Part shown: positions 28,806 to 37,199 of the stretch, in pieces
Layout: every line of letters starts with the position of its first letter
Position numbering within the stretch: position 1 is the first letter of the stretch
Notes under the pieces: generated by a model
Told to the model about the DNA's origin: nothing
The model's input: the letters and a program-made list of their open reading frames with translations, nothing else
The model's database searches: none
Program-made: the position numbers and the translations under genes
Assembly (NCBI GenBank): GCA_963530295.1
Contig: CAUSCF010000003.1
Coordinates: forward strand, 77,747 to 141,746
DNA: 64,000 nucleotides
Direction: 5' to 3'
From: an uncultured Flavobacteriaceae bacterium
GTDB taxonomy: Bacteria > Bacteroidota > Bacteroidia > Flavobacteriales > Weeksellaceae

Positions 28806-29705
28806 TTATTTGTTGTATTCTATTGTACGATAATAATCACTATTTTTATATTGTCCTGTAGCAGGGTCTTTAGTTTTAAATTGTATTTTCGTAGGATAGT
28901 TGTTAGTGTTTAAAGTATATTCTACCATAGATTCTCTTGTATAATTACCATTCTGATAAGGGCTACCAGAATGATAAAGAGTTTCGTTTATTTCTTTCTT
29001 TGCATAAGAAATAGGAAAGAATATATCATCGCTATCTTCTCCTCCAATTGCAACAGATGAATAATTAAGTTTATCCATTCCTTTTATGTTTTCTATTAAA
29101 CTATGATGATTTGCATATTGGTAAGTAGTAGTATTATTATTCGTCTTTTCAATAAGATTTCCTGTTGAGTCTCTCTCTTCAGAAACTTCTACTCTTTTTA
29201 TTGGTCTTTTCTTTGCATCTAATGTGTAAGTGATGGTAGAAGTGGTTATAGAAGATAGAGTTCCAGTTATATCATTATAATTTTTAGATATCTTTTGTGC
29301 TGTTACAGTAGAACCATTGATGGTGTATGTTGTATTTTCTTCTAAAACTTTAATAGTACCATCATAAAATTCTCCTTTTTCAGAGATAAGGTTTCCATTA
29401 GAGTCATAATTAAATACATAAGAACCTCCATCAGGATTATTCATAGAAGTGATTAAATCTCCTGTATAAGTGTAAGTTTGATCTTTGTTGTTGTCATGAG
29501 TAGCTTTCACGAGCTTATTTCCATTATAAATTAAAGTAGATACTTCATCTGCTTTACCAGTTTTAGAAGAGGTAAGTTTGGTTGGAAGAATTCTTGTTTG
29601 GCTGATTGCAGGCGCCTGAGGCGTTGTAGGATTAGTGTTGTCATTATCCCTGCTACACGAAATCATCATCGCTCCCACGAGAGCTGAAAATAAAAGTTTT
29701 TTCAT
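28806..29705 (-). CDS. tandem-array lipoprotein, copy D (identical protein to copy B)
   Basis: 299 aa, identical to copy B. Confidence 0.9.
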   Translation of the reverse strand: MKKLLFSALVGAMMISCSRDNDNTNPTTPQAPAISQTRILPTKLTSSKTGKADEVSTLIYNGNKLVKATHDNNKDQTYTYTGDLITSMNNPDGGSYVFNYDSNGNLISEKGEFYDGTIKVLEENTTYTINGSTVTAQKISKNYNDITGTLSSITTSTITYTLDAKKRPIKRVEVSEERDSTGNLIEKTNNNTTTYQYANHHSLIENIKGMDKLNYSSVAIGGEDSDDIFFPISYAKKEINETLYHSGSPYQNGNYTRESMVEYTLNTNNYPTKIQFKTKDPATGQYKNSDYYRTIEYNK

Positions 29706-29732
29706 TTTATATTGAATTTAAAATTAATTGGA

Positions 29733-29740
29733 CAAAGATA
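29733..29740 (-). promoter_or_regulatory. candidate -7 box TATCTTTG for copy D
   Basis: TAnnTTTG, about 30 nt upstream of the ATG. Confidence 0.45.
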
Positions 29741-29768
29741 AGAATAATATCTTTTACACTAAAAAGAG

Positions 29769-29795
29769 AAAACTCCCTAAAAAAGGGAGTTTTTT
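29769..29795 (-). terminator. terminator of copy E
   Basis: Same hairpin. Confidence 0.65.
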
Positions 29796-29798
29796 GTG

Positions 29799-30701
29799 TT
29801 ATTTGTTGTATTCTATTGTACGATAATAATCACTATTTTTATATTGTCCTGTAGCAGGGTCTTTAGTTTTAAATTGTATTTTCGTAGGATAGTTGTTAGT
29901 GTTTAAAGTATATTCTACCATAGATTCTCTTGTATAATTACCATTCTGATAAGGGCTACCAGAATGATAAAGAGTTTCGTTTATTTCTTTCTTTGCATAA
30001 GAAATAGGAAAGAATATATCATCGCTATCTTCTCCTCCAATTGCAACAGATGAATAATTAAGTTTATCCATTCCTTTTATGTTTTCTATTAAACTATGAT
30101 GATTTGCATATTGGTAAGTAGTAGTATTATTATTCGTCTTTTCAATAAGATTTCCTGTTGAGTCTCTCTCTTCAGAAACTTCTACTCTTTTTATTGGTCT
30201 TTTCTTTGCATCTAATGTGTAAGTGATGGTAGAAGTGGTTATAGAAGATAGAGTTCCGTCTCTATAATCATAATTTTTAGATATCTTTTGTGCTGTTACA
30301 GTAGAACCATTGATAGTGTATGTTATATCATTTTCTGAAGTTTTAGTAGAATTACTAAATCTTTTTAATTTTTCAGATGTAAGATTACCATTAGAATCAT
30401 AACCAAATTCACTAGACATTTTACTATTTATAATAGAGGTAATTAAATTTCCATTATAACTAACATTAGATACATCTCCATCATTATGTATTAGTTTTGT
30501 TAGTTTTGTTCCATTGTATATGAAGGTTATTTCTGCACTTAGTTGGTTAGATCTATCATCATAATAAGAATACTTCACAGGAAGAATTCCTATTTCACTG
30601 GTTGCGGGTTTCTGAGGCGTTGTAGGATTTGTGTTGTCATTATCTCTGCTGCACGAAATAATCATCGCTCCCACGAGAGCTGAAAATAAAAGTTTTTTCA
30701 T
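29799..30701 (-). CDS. tandem-array lipoprotein, copy E (N-type gamma, middle type 1)
   Basis: 300 aa. Unique N-terminal block. The middle block KTSENDITY...YDYRDG is identical to copy A. Confidence 0.9.
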   Translation of the reverse strand: MKKLLFSALVGAMIISCSRDNDNTNPTTPQKPATSEIGILPVKYSYYDDRSNQLSAEITFIYNGTKLTKLIHNDGDVSNVSYNGNLITSIINSKMSSEFGYDSNGNLTSEKLKRFSNSTKTSENDITYTINGSTVTAQKISKNYDYRDGTLSSITTSTITYTLDAKKRPIKRVEVSEERDSTGNLIEKTNNNTTTYQYANHHSLIENIKGMDKLNYSSVAIGGEDSDDIFFPISYAKKEINETLYHSGSPYQNGNYTRESMVEYTLNTNNYPTKIQFKTKDPATGQYKNSDYYRTIEYNK

Positions 30702-30728
30702 TTTTTATTGAATTTAAAATTAGTTGGA

Positions 30729-30736
30729 CAAATATA
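30729..30736 (-). promoter_or_regulatory. candidate -7 box TATATTTG for copy E
   Basis: TAnnTTTG, about 30 nt upstream of the ATG. Confidence 0.45.
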
Positions 30737-30797
30737 ATGATTTTCATCTAAAAATAAATTCCGTATTTTTGGAGTTTCAATTAAGAATTCGCATCCT

Positions 30798-31475
30798 ATG
30801 ATAGAGCTTATTTTTTCTGCTGTCGGTTTGGGTTTTATGCTTAGTTTGGTATTTATCGGGCCTGTTTTCTTCCTTTTGGTGGAGACCAGCCTTTCGCGAG
30901 GGCCTCGGCATGCATTGGCGCTGGATTTGGGCGTGGTTTTTGCGGATATAGTGTGTATTGTGGCGGCGTATTTCAGCAGTCAGGACATTATCCACATCAT
31001 AGACCAATACCCGAGTTTTTATAGGATTTCCGCGCTTATTATCTTTGTTTATGGGATTTATATGATCGTTTCCAAAACCAGAATGCACATCGCAGGCGAG
31101 GAAAGACTCATCAACCAAAACTATCTGAAAACTTTTCTCAATGGTTTCCTGCTCAATATTCTGAACATTGGCGTGGTGCTTTTTTGGCTGGTAACCGTCA
31201 TTTTCATTAGAAAAAACTATCCTGACACGGGCAGATTTTTGCTTTATATCGGCTTGGTTATCGGGACATATCTTTTGATAGACTTGGCGAAAATCTACTT
31301 GGCGAAACAATTTCACAATAAACTCAACCAGCAGGTAGCCAATAAAATCCGAAAAGGTGTAGGTTTTATTCTGCTGGTTCTGAGCGTGTTTATTTTCCTT
31401 CAAAGTTTCAAATCCTTTAACCAACTGGACAAAAGATTAGAAGAAAAAGGCATCAAACGAGAAGAAATAAAATAA
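30798..31475 (+). CDS. LysE/RhtB family amino-acid exporter
   Basis: 225 aa, six TM segments. N-terminal GPVFFLLVETSLSRG motif. Confidence 0.75.
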   Translation: MIELIFSAVGLGFMLSLVFIGPVFFLLVETSLSRGPRHALALDLGVVFADIVCIVAAYFSSQDIIHIIDQYPSFYRISALIIFVYGIYMIVSKTRMHIAGEERLINQNYLKTFLNGFLLNILNIGVVLFWLVTVIFIRKNYPDTGRFLLYIGLVIGTYLLIDLAKIYLAKQFHNKLNQQVANKIRKGVGFILLVLSVFIFLQSFKSFNQLDKRLEEKGIKREEIK

Positions 31476-31499
31476 AAAGATATTCAATAAGAGACACTT

Positions 31500-32432
31500 A
31501 TGGCGGTCATATTCCCAAAAACCCTTAAAAAAGGCGATAAAATAGCAGTCGTTTCTCCTGCTGGTTCGGTAGAAGAAGAGCAGATTTTATCCACGCTGGA
31601 ACTCATCAAATCCAAAGGCTATGAGCCTGTTCTCAGTCCTCATTGCTTGGGCAGATTTTCCTTTGGGTACAGCTATTCTGGAACGGAAAAACAGCGAATT
31701 TCTGACCTGAACTGGGCATTGAATAGTGATGAGGTTTCTGCCATCTGGGCTACGCGCGGCGGCTATGGCTGTCAGCATCTTTTGGGACATCTAAAACTAA
31801 AACATTTCAAAGAAAATCCAAAATGGTACATCGGCTATTCGGATAATACCGTTATCCAAAGTTTCCTCTTGAAAAAGGGTTTTGCGAGTATCCACGGACA
31901 GACACTGAAGACCTCATCTTTTGGAGTTTCTTCGGAAAGTTACGAAGAGATTTTCAATATTTTCAGCGGGAAAAAGCCTAAATATCAGGTTGCTCCACAT
32001 CCACAGAATAACCACGGAAGCGCAGAGGGCGTTTTGGTCGGTGGAAATCTGGCGCTGGTCTATGCGCTTTTGGGAAGCTCGTATTCGGTAGATTTCAGGG
32101 ACAAAATTTTGTTTATAGAAGACATCGGCGAGAATTTTTATTCGCTGGACAGAATGCTCATTTCCCTTGATTTGGCTGGTGTTTTTAGGAGAATAAAGGG
32201 TATCATCATCGGAGGGATGATTAACATGGGAAACGAAGCAGAAAATCCTGATTATGAGTATAGTTATGATGCTATGGCTTATGAAATCATCGCCGAAAGG
32301 CTCAAGAAATATTCTTTCCCAAAGCTGTTCGCTTTTCCTAACGGGCATATTTTTGATAATGTACCACTGATTTTAGGCTCTGAAATAAAACTAAATGTTT
32401 CCGAAACGGAAGCAAAAGTAGAATTCTTATAA
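31500..32432 (+). CDS. LD-carboxypeptidase (peptidase S66)
   Basis: 310 aa. Nucleophile motif YIGYSDNT, and downstream E and H blocks (FIEDIGE, PNGH). Confidence 0.85.
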   Translation: MAVIFPKTLKKGDKIAVVSPAGSVEEEQILSTLELIKSKGYEPVLSPHCLGRFSFGYSYSGTEKQRISDLNWALNSDEVSAIWATRGGYGCQHLLGHLKLKHFKENPKWYIGYSDNTVIQSFLLKKGFASIHGQTLKTSSFGVSSESYEEIFNIFSGKKPKYQVAPHPQNNHGSAEGVLVGGNLALVYALLGSSYSVDFRDKILFIEDIGENFYSLDRMLISLDLAGVFRRIKGIIIGGMINMGNEAENPDYEYSYDAMAYEIIAERLKKYSFPKLFAFPNGHIFDNVPLILGSEIKLNVSETEAKVEFL

Positions 32433-32440
32433 ACCCATCA

Positions 32441-32809
32441 ATGGCTGAGCATAATGACTTTGGGAAGGAATCCGAAAATCTGGCCGTAGAGTTTTTGGAA
32501 AAGAAAGGCTATAAAATTTTAGTCAAAAACTACCGCTATCTGAAAGCCGAAATAGATATCATCGCAGAGACTGAAAATCATATAGTTATAGTAGAAGTAA
32601 AGGCCAGAAGCACAGATGCTTTCCTGAGTCCAGAAGAGGCAGTGAATAAGAAGAAAATCAGGCTGCTCATCTCTGCTGCGAGCCATTTTTTGGAAGAAAA
32701 TGAAATAGACAAGGAAGCGAGGTTTGATATAATCGCCATTCTTCCGAATGAAGAAAATCAGTTCCAAATCAAGCATATAGAAAATGCTTTTGAAATCATA
32801 GATATTTGA
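32441..32809 (+). CDS. YraN family endonuclease-like protein (UPF0102)
   Basis: 122 aa. AEIDIIAE...VIVEVKAR motif. Confidence 0.85.
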   Translation: MAEHNDFGKESENLAVEFLEKKGYKILVKNYRYLKAEIDIIAETENHIVIVEVKARSTDAFLSPEEAVNKKKIRLLISAASHFLEENEIDKEARFDIIAILPNEENQFQIKHIENAFEIIDI

Positions 32810-32840
32810 GGATTTTAAATAAAAAAATTAATTTTGCTGA

Positions 32841-33506
32841 ATGAAAATTCTACACATAGAGACTTCGTCTAAAAACAGCTCTGTTGCCATTTCGTCTGAT
32901 GAAAAACTGCTTTGTCTTTGTGAGAAAGTATCGCAGGATTATAAACAATCCGAAAACCTCCACACTTATATAGAATGGGCTCTGGAAGGAGCTGAAATAA
33001 AATTGAAGGATCTGGATGCAGTTTCGTTAGGAAAAGGGCCAGGGTCTTATACAGGGCTGCGGATAGGAGCGGCCTCGGCTAAGGGCTTTTGTTTCGGGCT
33101 TGGTATTCCTTTGGTAACGGTAAATTCTCTGGAAACTATGGTAGAGCCATTTTTGGGCAATTATGATTTGATAATTCCGCTCGTAGATGCGCGTAGAATG
33201 GAGGTCTATACGGCTGTTTTTGATGGGAAATCAGGGCAGATGCTGGTAGAGACAAACGCGAAGATTTTGGATGAAGAATCTTTTCAGGAATATGAGGGCA
33301 AAAAAATACTTTTCGTAGGAGATGGCTCTCTGAAAGCGCAGCAGGTACTAAAACTTTCGCGGGCGGAATATAACGAAAATATCTATCCATCAGCGAAATA
33401 CTCGATAAAAAAAGCCGTAGAAAAATACAAGCAAAAAGACTTTGAAGATATTGTCTATTTCGAGCCATTTTACTTGAAAGATTTTCATGGAGTGAAGAAA
33501 AAGTAA
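32841..33506 (+). CDS. tsaB: tRNA threonylcarbamoyladenosine biosynthesis protein TsaB
   Basis: 221 aa. ILHIETSS and GPGSYTGLRIG motifs. Confidence 0.9.
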   Translation: MKILHIETSSKNSSVAISSDEKLLCLCEKVSQDYKQSENLHTYIEWALEGAEIKLKDLDAVSLGKGPGSYTGLRIGAASAKGFCFGLGIPLVTVNSLETMVEPFLGNYDLIIPLVDARRMEVYTAVFDGKSGQMLVETNAKILDEESFQEYEGKKILFVGDGSLKAQQVLKLSRAEYNENIYPSAKYSIKKAVEKYKQKDFEDIVYFEPFYLKDFHGVKKK

Positions 33507-33537
33507 TTTTCTTATAACATAAATTTTAATGTAAAAT

Positions 33538-33576
33538 AAAAAACCAGCATCAGAGAAATATCTGATGCTGGTTTTT
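33538..33576. terminator. bidirectional terminator (tsaB / porW)
   Basis: 11-bp arms CCAGCATCAGA / TCTGATGCTGG flanked by A- and T-runs. Confidence 0.75.
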
Positions 33577-33580
33577 ATGA

Positions 33581-36061
33581 TTAATCTAAATACTGTTTTT
33601 CCCAGCTTTGGACTGGTCGTTCTAGTTTTGTAGGTTTTTGTTTCTTTTGTTCCTCTTTCGGAGTTTCTTTTGGTTTTTCTTGCGGTATTTCCTCTATTCT
33701 GGCTGAAGTTTCAGATTCATTAGTAGGAATGATATCCGTTTCGTTTTCAGCAATTTCTGGTTCAGAGTTTTGCTCTTTGTTTTCTGTATCCTTGTTTTTC
33801 ATCTCATCCGCCTCTTTTTTCTTAGATGGAACTAAGAAATCTAGTATTTCTTTGGCCTTTTTCCCTTCGTTGGTTCTTTCATAGTTTAGGACAATCTGTT
33901 GTAGAGAAGAAATCATTTTTTCCTTGCTCTCGCTTCTTCCGATTATGAACGCATTTAGCAGCTCAAATTTAGGAATGAGAGCATCTTTCGGATATTTTTC
34001 AACAGCCTGATTTACAATGTTCTGTGCTTCTTTGTATTTTTCTTCATTATACAGAGCATAGGCCTCTTGATAGACTTTTTTCACCTCTTCTTCAGATTCT
34101 GTGAAATTGGTATTTCTAGGATTTTTCACAAAAATAGCATAAGGTGTATCTGGGAATTCCTGAATGATGATATTTTTTGCTCTTTCTGCCTGACTAGGAG
34201 TTTTCTCATGATTCATGGAGAAGATGAGGTATAGAGCCTGTAGTTTTATATCTTTTTCAGGTTGATTGTCCACCAAGTCGTACAATGTTTTGGTAGCGAG
34301 CGGTGTATTTTGGAAGTAAGTTTCATACATTCTGCCCAGTTCCAGACTTGCACTGTCTCGTTCTTTTTTCAGTGCTAAAATGGCTTTTTTCTCTTTTGGT
34401 ATTTTTTCTGTGTAGAAAGCCACCTCAAATCTCCTCGCATCAGCAGTAGTTCTGCCCAGAGCCTCATTTTCTAAATCATCCAAAGAACCGCTCAGCTTAT
34501 TATCCTCGCCATATCTCCAGTTGTCGCTCAGCGTTCTATTTTGCCATATTTTTCTAAATTCATTACTTCCTTTGGCTACAGTAATTTCGTTAGCAAAATA
34601 AAATTTATTTCCCTTTTGGCTGCTGAAATTATCTTCAAATTCTTTGAAATCAGAGCTGTTGTCATAAGAGAAAAAGCTTTCTAGTTCCTTATTTTTCTTT
34701 TCCTTTCTCTTTGCCAGCTCTATTTTTTCTTCTTTTTCTTTCAATTCATTGATATGTTTCTGAAAGAAGTCATTCAGCTCATTTTCAGACATTTTGGTAA
34801 GAGCCAAAATGCTGTCATTTTTCTTGATGAGGTAGTAGTTTTTAGAAATGTTTTTGATGTTGGTGGAGAGTTCTTTTATTTTATCCTTTGTAGGAGCATG
34901 TTCTATGACACTCACAGCACTGTCATAGTAAGCTCCAGCCTTTATATAATCGCTTTTTTTGAAATGTGATTTTCCGATTTCGTAATAGGCCATCCCACGG
35001 ATATGCGGGTCGGATATCTGTTCTCTGATGGATTTTTGGAAAAACTCATTGGCTTCGCTTTCTTTTCCTGTTTTGGCTGCCAACAGCCCTAGAGCGTAGT
35101 AAAATTCATTTTTTCTGGAAGCATAAGTTCCTTTTTTGCTTATGTTTTCCAAATATTTTTTAGCCTCTTCATAGTCTTTGTCATTGTTAAAAGTCTTGGC
35201 GATTTCTATTTGTGATTTTACTTCTAATTCAAAATCATTAGAATATTTATACGCCGTTACGAAGCTTTCTCGGGCTTCTTCCATATTTCCCAATTCCGCC
35301 AAAATCTGCCCTCGGAGATAGGCGATTCTGCTTTTTGTTTGTCGGGATTTATTAAGGACAAAAGCCTTTTCTAAATGGTCTATGGCTTCTTCTTTTCTGT
35401 TGCTATATAGCAGGTTTTCAGCTTGATAAACGCTCAGAACTGCTTTTTGCTGTTTGGTAAGAGTATAGTTTTTATCTAAATCATAGAAAATTTCTTCCGC
35501 ACGGATGTTGTTTTTCATCTTGGAGTAAATCAGTCCCTCATATATCTTTACAAGAGGAAGCCTTTTGTCTTTCGGCATGGTCTGATAAACTTGGCTGATG
35601 GCTTCTAGAGCAGAGCTTAATTTCCCTTGATAAATACGAGATTCTATCAGGAGAAGATAAGCATTAAAAATCTCTTTATTCTTCTGCTGTCCTCCGAAAA
35701 CCATAGAGTGTTTCTCTATCGCTTTTAGGGCTTTTTCCTCTGCTTTTTGGAAGTTGCCGATGTTGTTTTTTTGGATGGGAGAAGAGATAACATCTCCAAA
35801 GAAATTGACATCAATATCTTCCTCTTCGCTGGAAGGAATCAAAGAATTTTGGCTAAAAACCTCTAAGTATCCTTCTTGGAAATTGTCTCTGTAGCTTTCC
35901 TTCTGCGATTTTAGTTCAGCTTTCAGGGCTTCTTTTCCATGAAAAAGAGTATTATAATAAGCTGTAAAATTATGATAAGCTCTATTGACAAACTTGTTCT
36001 TTCTTGTGGAACAGCCCACAGCCAAGATAAAAACGGACAATAAGAATATGTTTTTTTTCAT
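33581..36061 (-). CDS. porW: TPR-rich periplasmic lipoprotein, PorW/SprE-type type IX secretion component
   Basis: 826 aa. Lipobox LAVGCSTRKNKFVNRAYHNFTAYYNTLFHG resembles the SprE/PorW N-terminus. Multiple TPR-like helices and a K/E-rich C-terminal tail. Confidence 0.7.
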   Translation of the reverse strand: MKKNIFLLSVFILAVGCSTRKNKFVNRAYHNFTAYYNTLFHGKEALKAELKSQKESYRDNFQEGYLEVFSQNSLIPSSEEEDIDVNFFGDVISSPIQKNNIGNFQKAEEKALKAIEKHSMVFGGQQKNKEIFNAYLLLIESRIYQGKLSSALEAISQVYQTMPKDKRLPLVKIYEGLIYSKMKNNIRAEEIFYDLDKNYTLTKQQKAVLSVYQAENLLYSNRKEEAIDHLEKAFVLNKSRQTKSRIAYLRGQILAELGNMEEARESFVTAYKYSNDFELEVKSQIEIAKTFNNDKDYEEAKKYLENISKKGTYASRKNEFYYALGLLAAKTGKESEANEFFQKSIREQISDPHIRGMAYYEIGKSHFKKSDYIKAGAYYDSAVSVIEHAPTKDKIKELSTNIKNISKNYYLIKKNDSILALTKMSENELNDFFQKHINELKEKEEKIELAKRKEKKNKELESFFSYDNSSDFKEFEDNFSSQKGNKFYFANEITVAKGSNEFRKIWQNRTLSDNWRYGEDNKLSGSLDDLENEALGRTTADARRFEVAFYTEKIPKEKKAILALKKERDSASLELGRMYETYFQNTPLATKTLYDLVDNQPEKDIKLQALYLIFSMNHEKTPSQAERAKNIIIQEFPDTPYAIFVKNPRNTNFTESEEEVKKVYQEAYALYNEEKYKEAQNIVNQAVEKYPKDALIPKFELLNAFIIGRSESKEKMISSLQQIVLNYERTNEGKKAKEILDFLVPSKKKEADEMKNKDTENKEQNSEPEIAENETDIIPTNESETSARIEEIPQEKPKETPKEEQKKQKPTKLERPVQSWEKQYLD

Positions 36062-36102
36062 AGTTTATTTTAAACTCTATTATTTCGTGTTTTATTGTAT
36101 AA

Positions 36103-36666
36103 TTATTCAGTTTTAGCCTTTTTTAATAAGGAATACACCACTGCTGTAGGAAGTCCCATGATGGTGTAGAAATTCCCATTTATTTTATCAATTTTTGCCA
36201 TTCCCAGCCATTCCTGTATTCCGTAGCCTCCTGCTTTGTCCATAGGCTGGAATTTATCAACATAAAAATCTATCTCCTCCTCCGAAATATCCAAAAAACT
36301 CACATCCGCCACATCGGTCTGTGTCAGGATTTTATCATGAGTTTTGATGCTTACGGCAGTGTATACTTGGTGCGTTTTCCCAGAAAGTGTTTTGAGCATT
36401 TCTTTGGCTTCCTTGATGGATTTAGGTTTTCCTAAAATTTTATTTTCAAAAACTACCACGGTATCAGCAGTCAGAAGAATTTCAGATTTCTCCAAACTTC
36501 GGAAAGCGTTGGCTTTCAGCTCCGAAAGAAAAGCAGCAACATCACTTGCAGGGAAATTTTCGGGATAAATCTCATCGCATTCTATATTAATTACTTCAAA
36601 ATCAAATCCCAAAGAACCGAGTAATTCTCTGCGGCGCGGCGACTGCGAACCTAAGTATAACTTCAT
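36103..36666 (-). CDS. maf: Maf family nucleoside triphosphate pyrophosphatase
   Basis: 187 aa. LGSQSPRRRELL and KAGGYGIQ motifs. Confidence 0.92.
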   Translation of the reverse strand: MKLYLGSQSPRRRELLGSLGFDFEVINIECDEIYPENFPASDVAAFLSELKANAFRSLEKSEILLTADTVVVFENKILGKPKSIKEAKEMLKTLSGKTHQVYTAVSIKTHDKILTQTDVADVSFLDISEEEIDFYVDKFQPMDKAGGYGIQEWLGMAKIDKINGNFYTIMGLPTAVVYSLLKKAKTE

Positions 36667-36677
36667 ATTTTTTTGAT

Positions 36678-37199
36678 TTATACAGAAGCGGTATCATCCT
36701 CCTCTGTCCATTTTCCCTGCACCTTCATCACTTGTTCTATCACATCTCGCACACAGCCTTTTCCGCCGTAGATAGGCGAAATATAATCGGCAATTTTCTT
36801 GATTTCTGGAACAGCATTGATAGGACAAGCACCGATAGCCGACAGCCTAAGCATATCATAATCAGGAATATCATCTCCCATTGACAAAACCTCATCGTTT
36901 TTCAAATCGTATTTGTCTTTAAAATCTTCAAAATTCTGAAGTTTGTAGCTGGATTTTGGGTAATAATCCGTTATCCCTAAATAGTTGAGCCTATGTTTCA
37001 CCATTGGGTCGCTTCCTCCTGTAATACAGGCGATTCTGTAGCTAGCTTTTATGGCTTTGGTCACAGCATAGCCGTCCAAGACATTCATCGTGCGGCTCAT
37101 GCTGCCATCTGGCATCAGAACGATGCTTCCGTCTGTGAAAACGCCATCTACATCAAACACGAAGGCTTTTATATCTTTTAATTTTGATTTATAACTCAT
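36678..37199 (-). CDS. kdsC: KdsC-family HAD phosphatase (3-deoxy-D-manno-octulosonate 8-phosphate phosphatase)
   Basis: 173 aa. FVFDVDGVFTDG and MGDDIPD motifs. Confidence 0.85.
   Translation of the reverse strand: MSYKSKLKDIKAFVFDVDGVFTDGSIVLMPDGSMSRTMNVLDGYAVTKAIKASYRIACITGGSDPMVKHRLNYLGITDYYPKSSYKLQNFEDFKDKYDLKNDEVLSMGDDIPDYDMLRLSAIGACPINAVPEIKKIADYISPIYGGKGCVRDVIEQVMKVQGKWTEEDDTASV

Larger units (their letters stand above)
25801..30770 (-). repeat. head-to-tail tandem array of five ~990-bp lipoprotein gene cassettes
   Basis: ORF starts are spaced 993/990/993/996 bp (stops 990/993/990/993 bp). Spacers and the 3' ~460 nt of each ORF are nearly identical by eye. Confidence 0.95.

Noticed and set aside
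25801-30770. Could the regular ~990-bp periodicity be a CRISPR array or a satellite repeat?
   Set aside because: The units are complete protein-coding genes with signal peptides, promoters and terminators. The period is far too long for CRISPR, there are no short repeat/spacer alternations, and no cas genes are present.
30777-31424. 215-aa minus-strand ORF antisense to the LysE-family gene
   Set aside because: It almost completely overlaps a plus-strand ORF with a clear six-TM LysE pattern. Its own translation is Lys/Gln/His-rich with no recognisable motifs. It is a typical shadow ORF.
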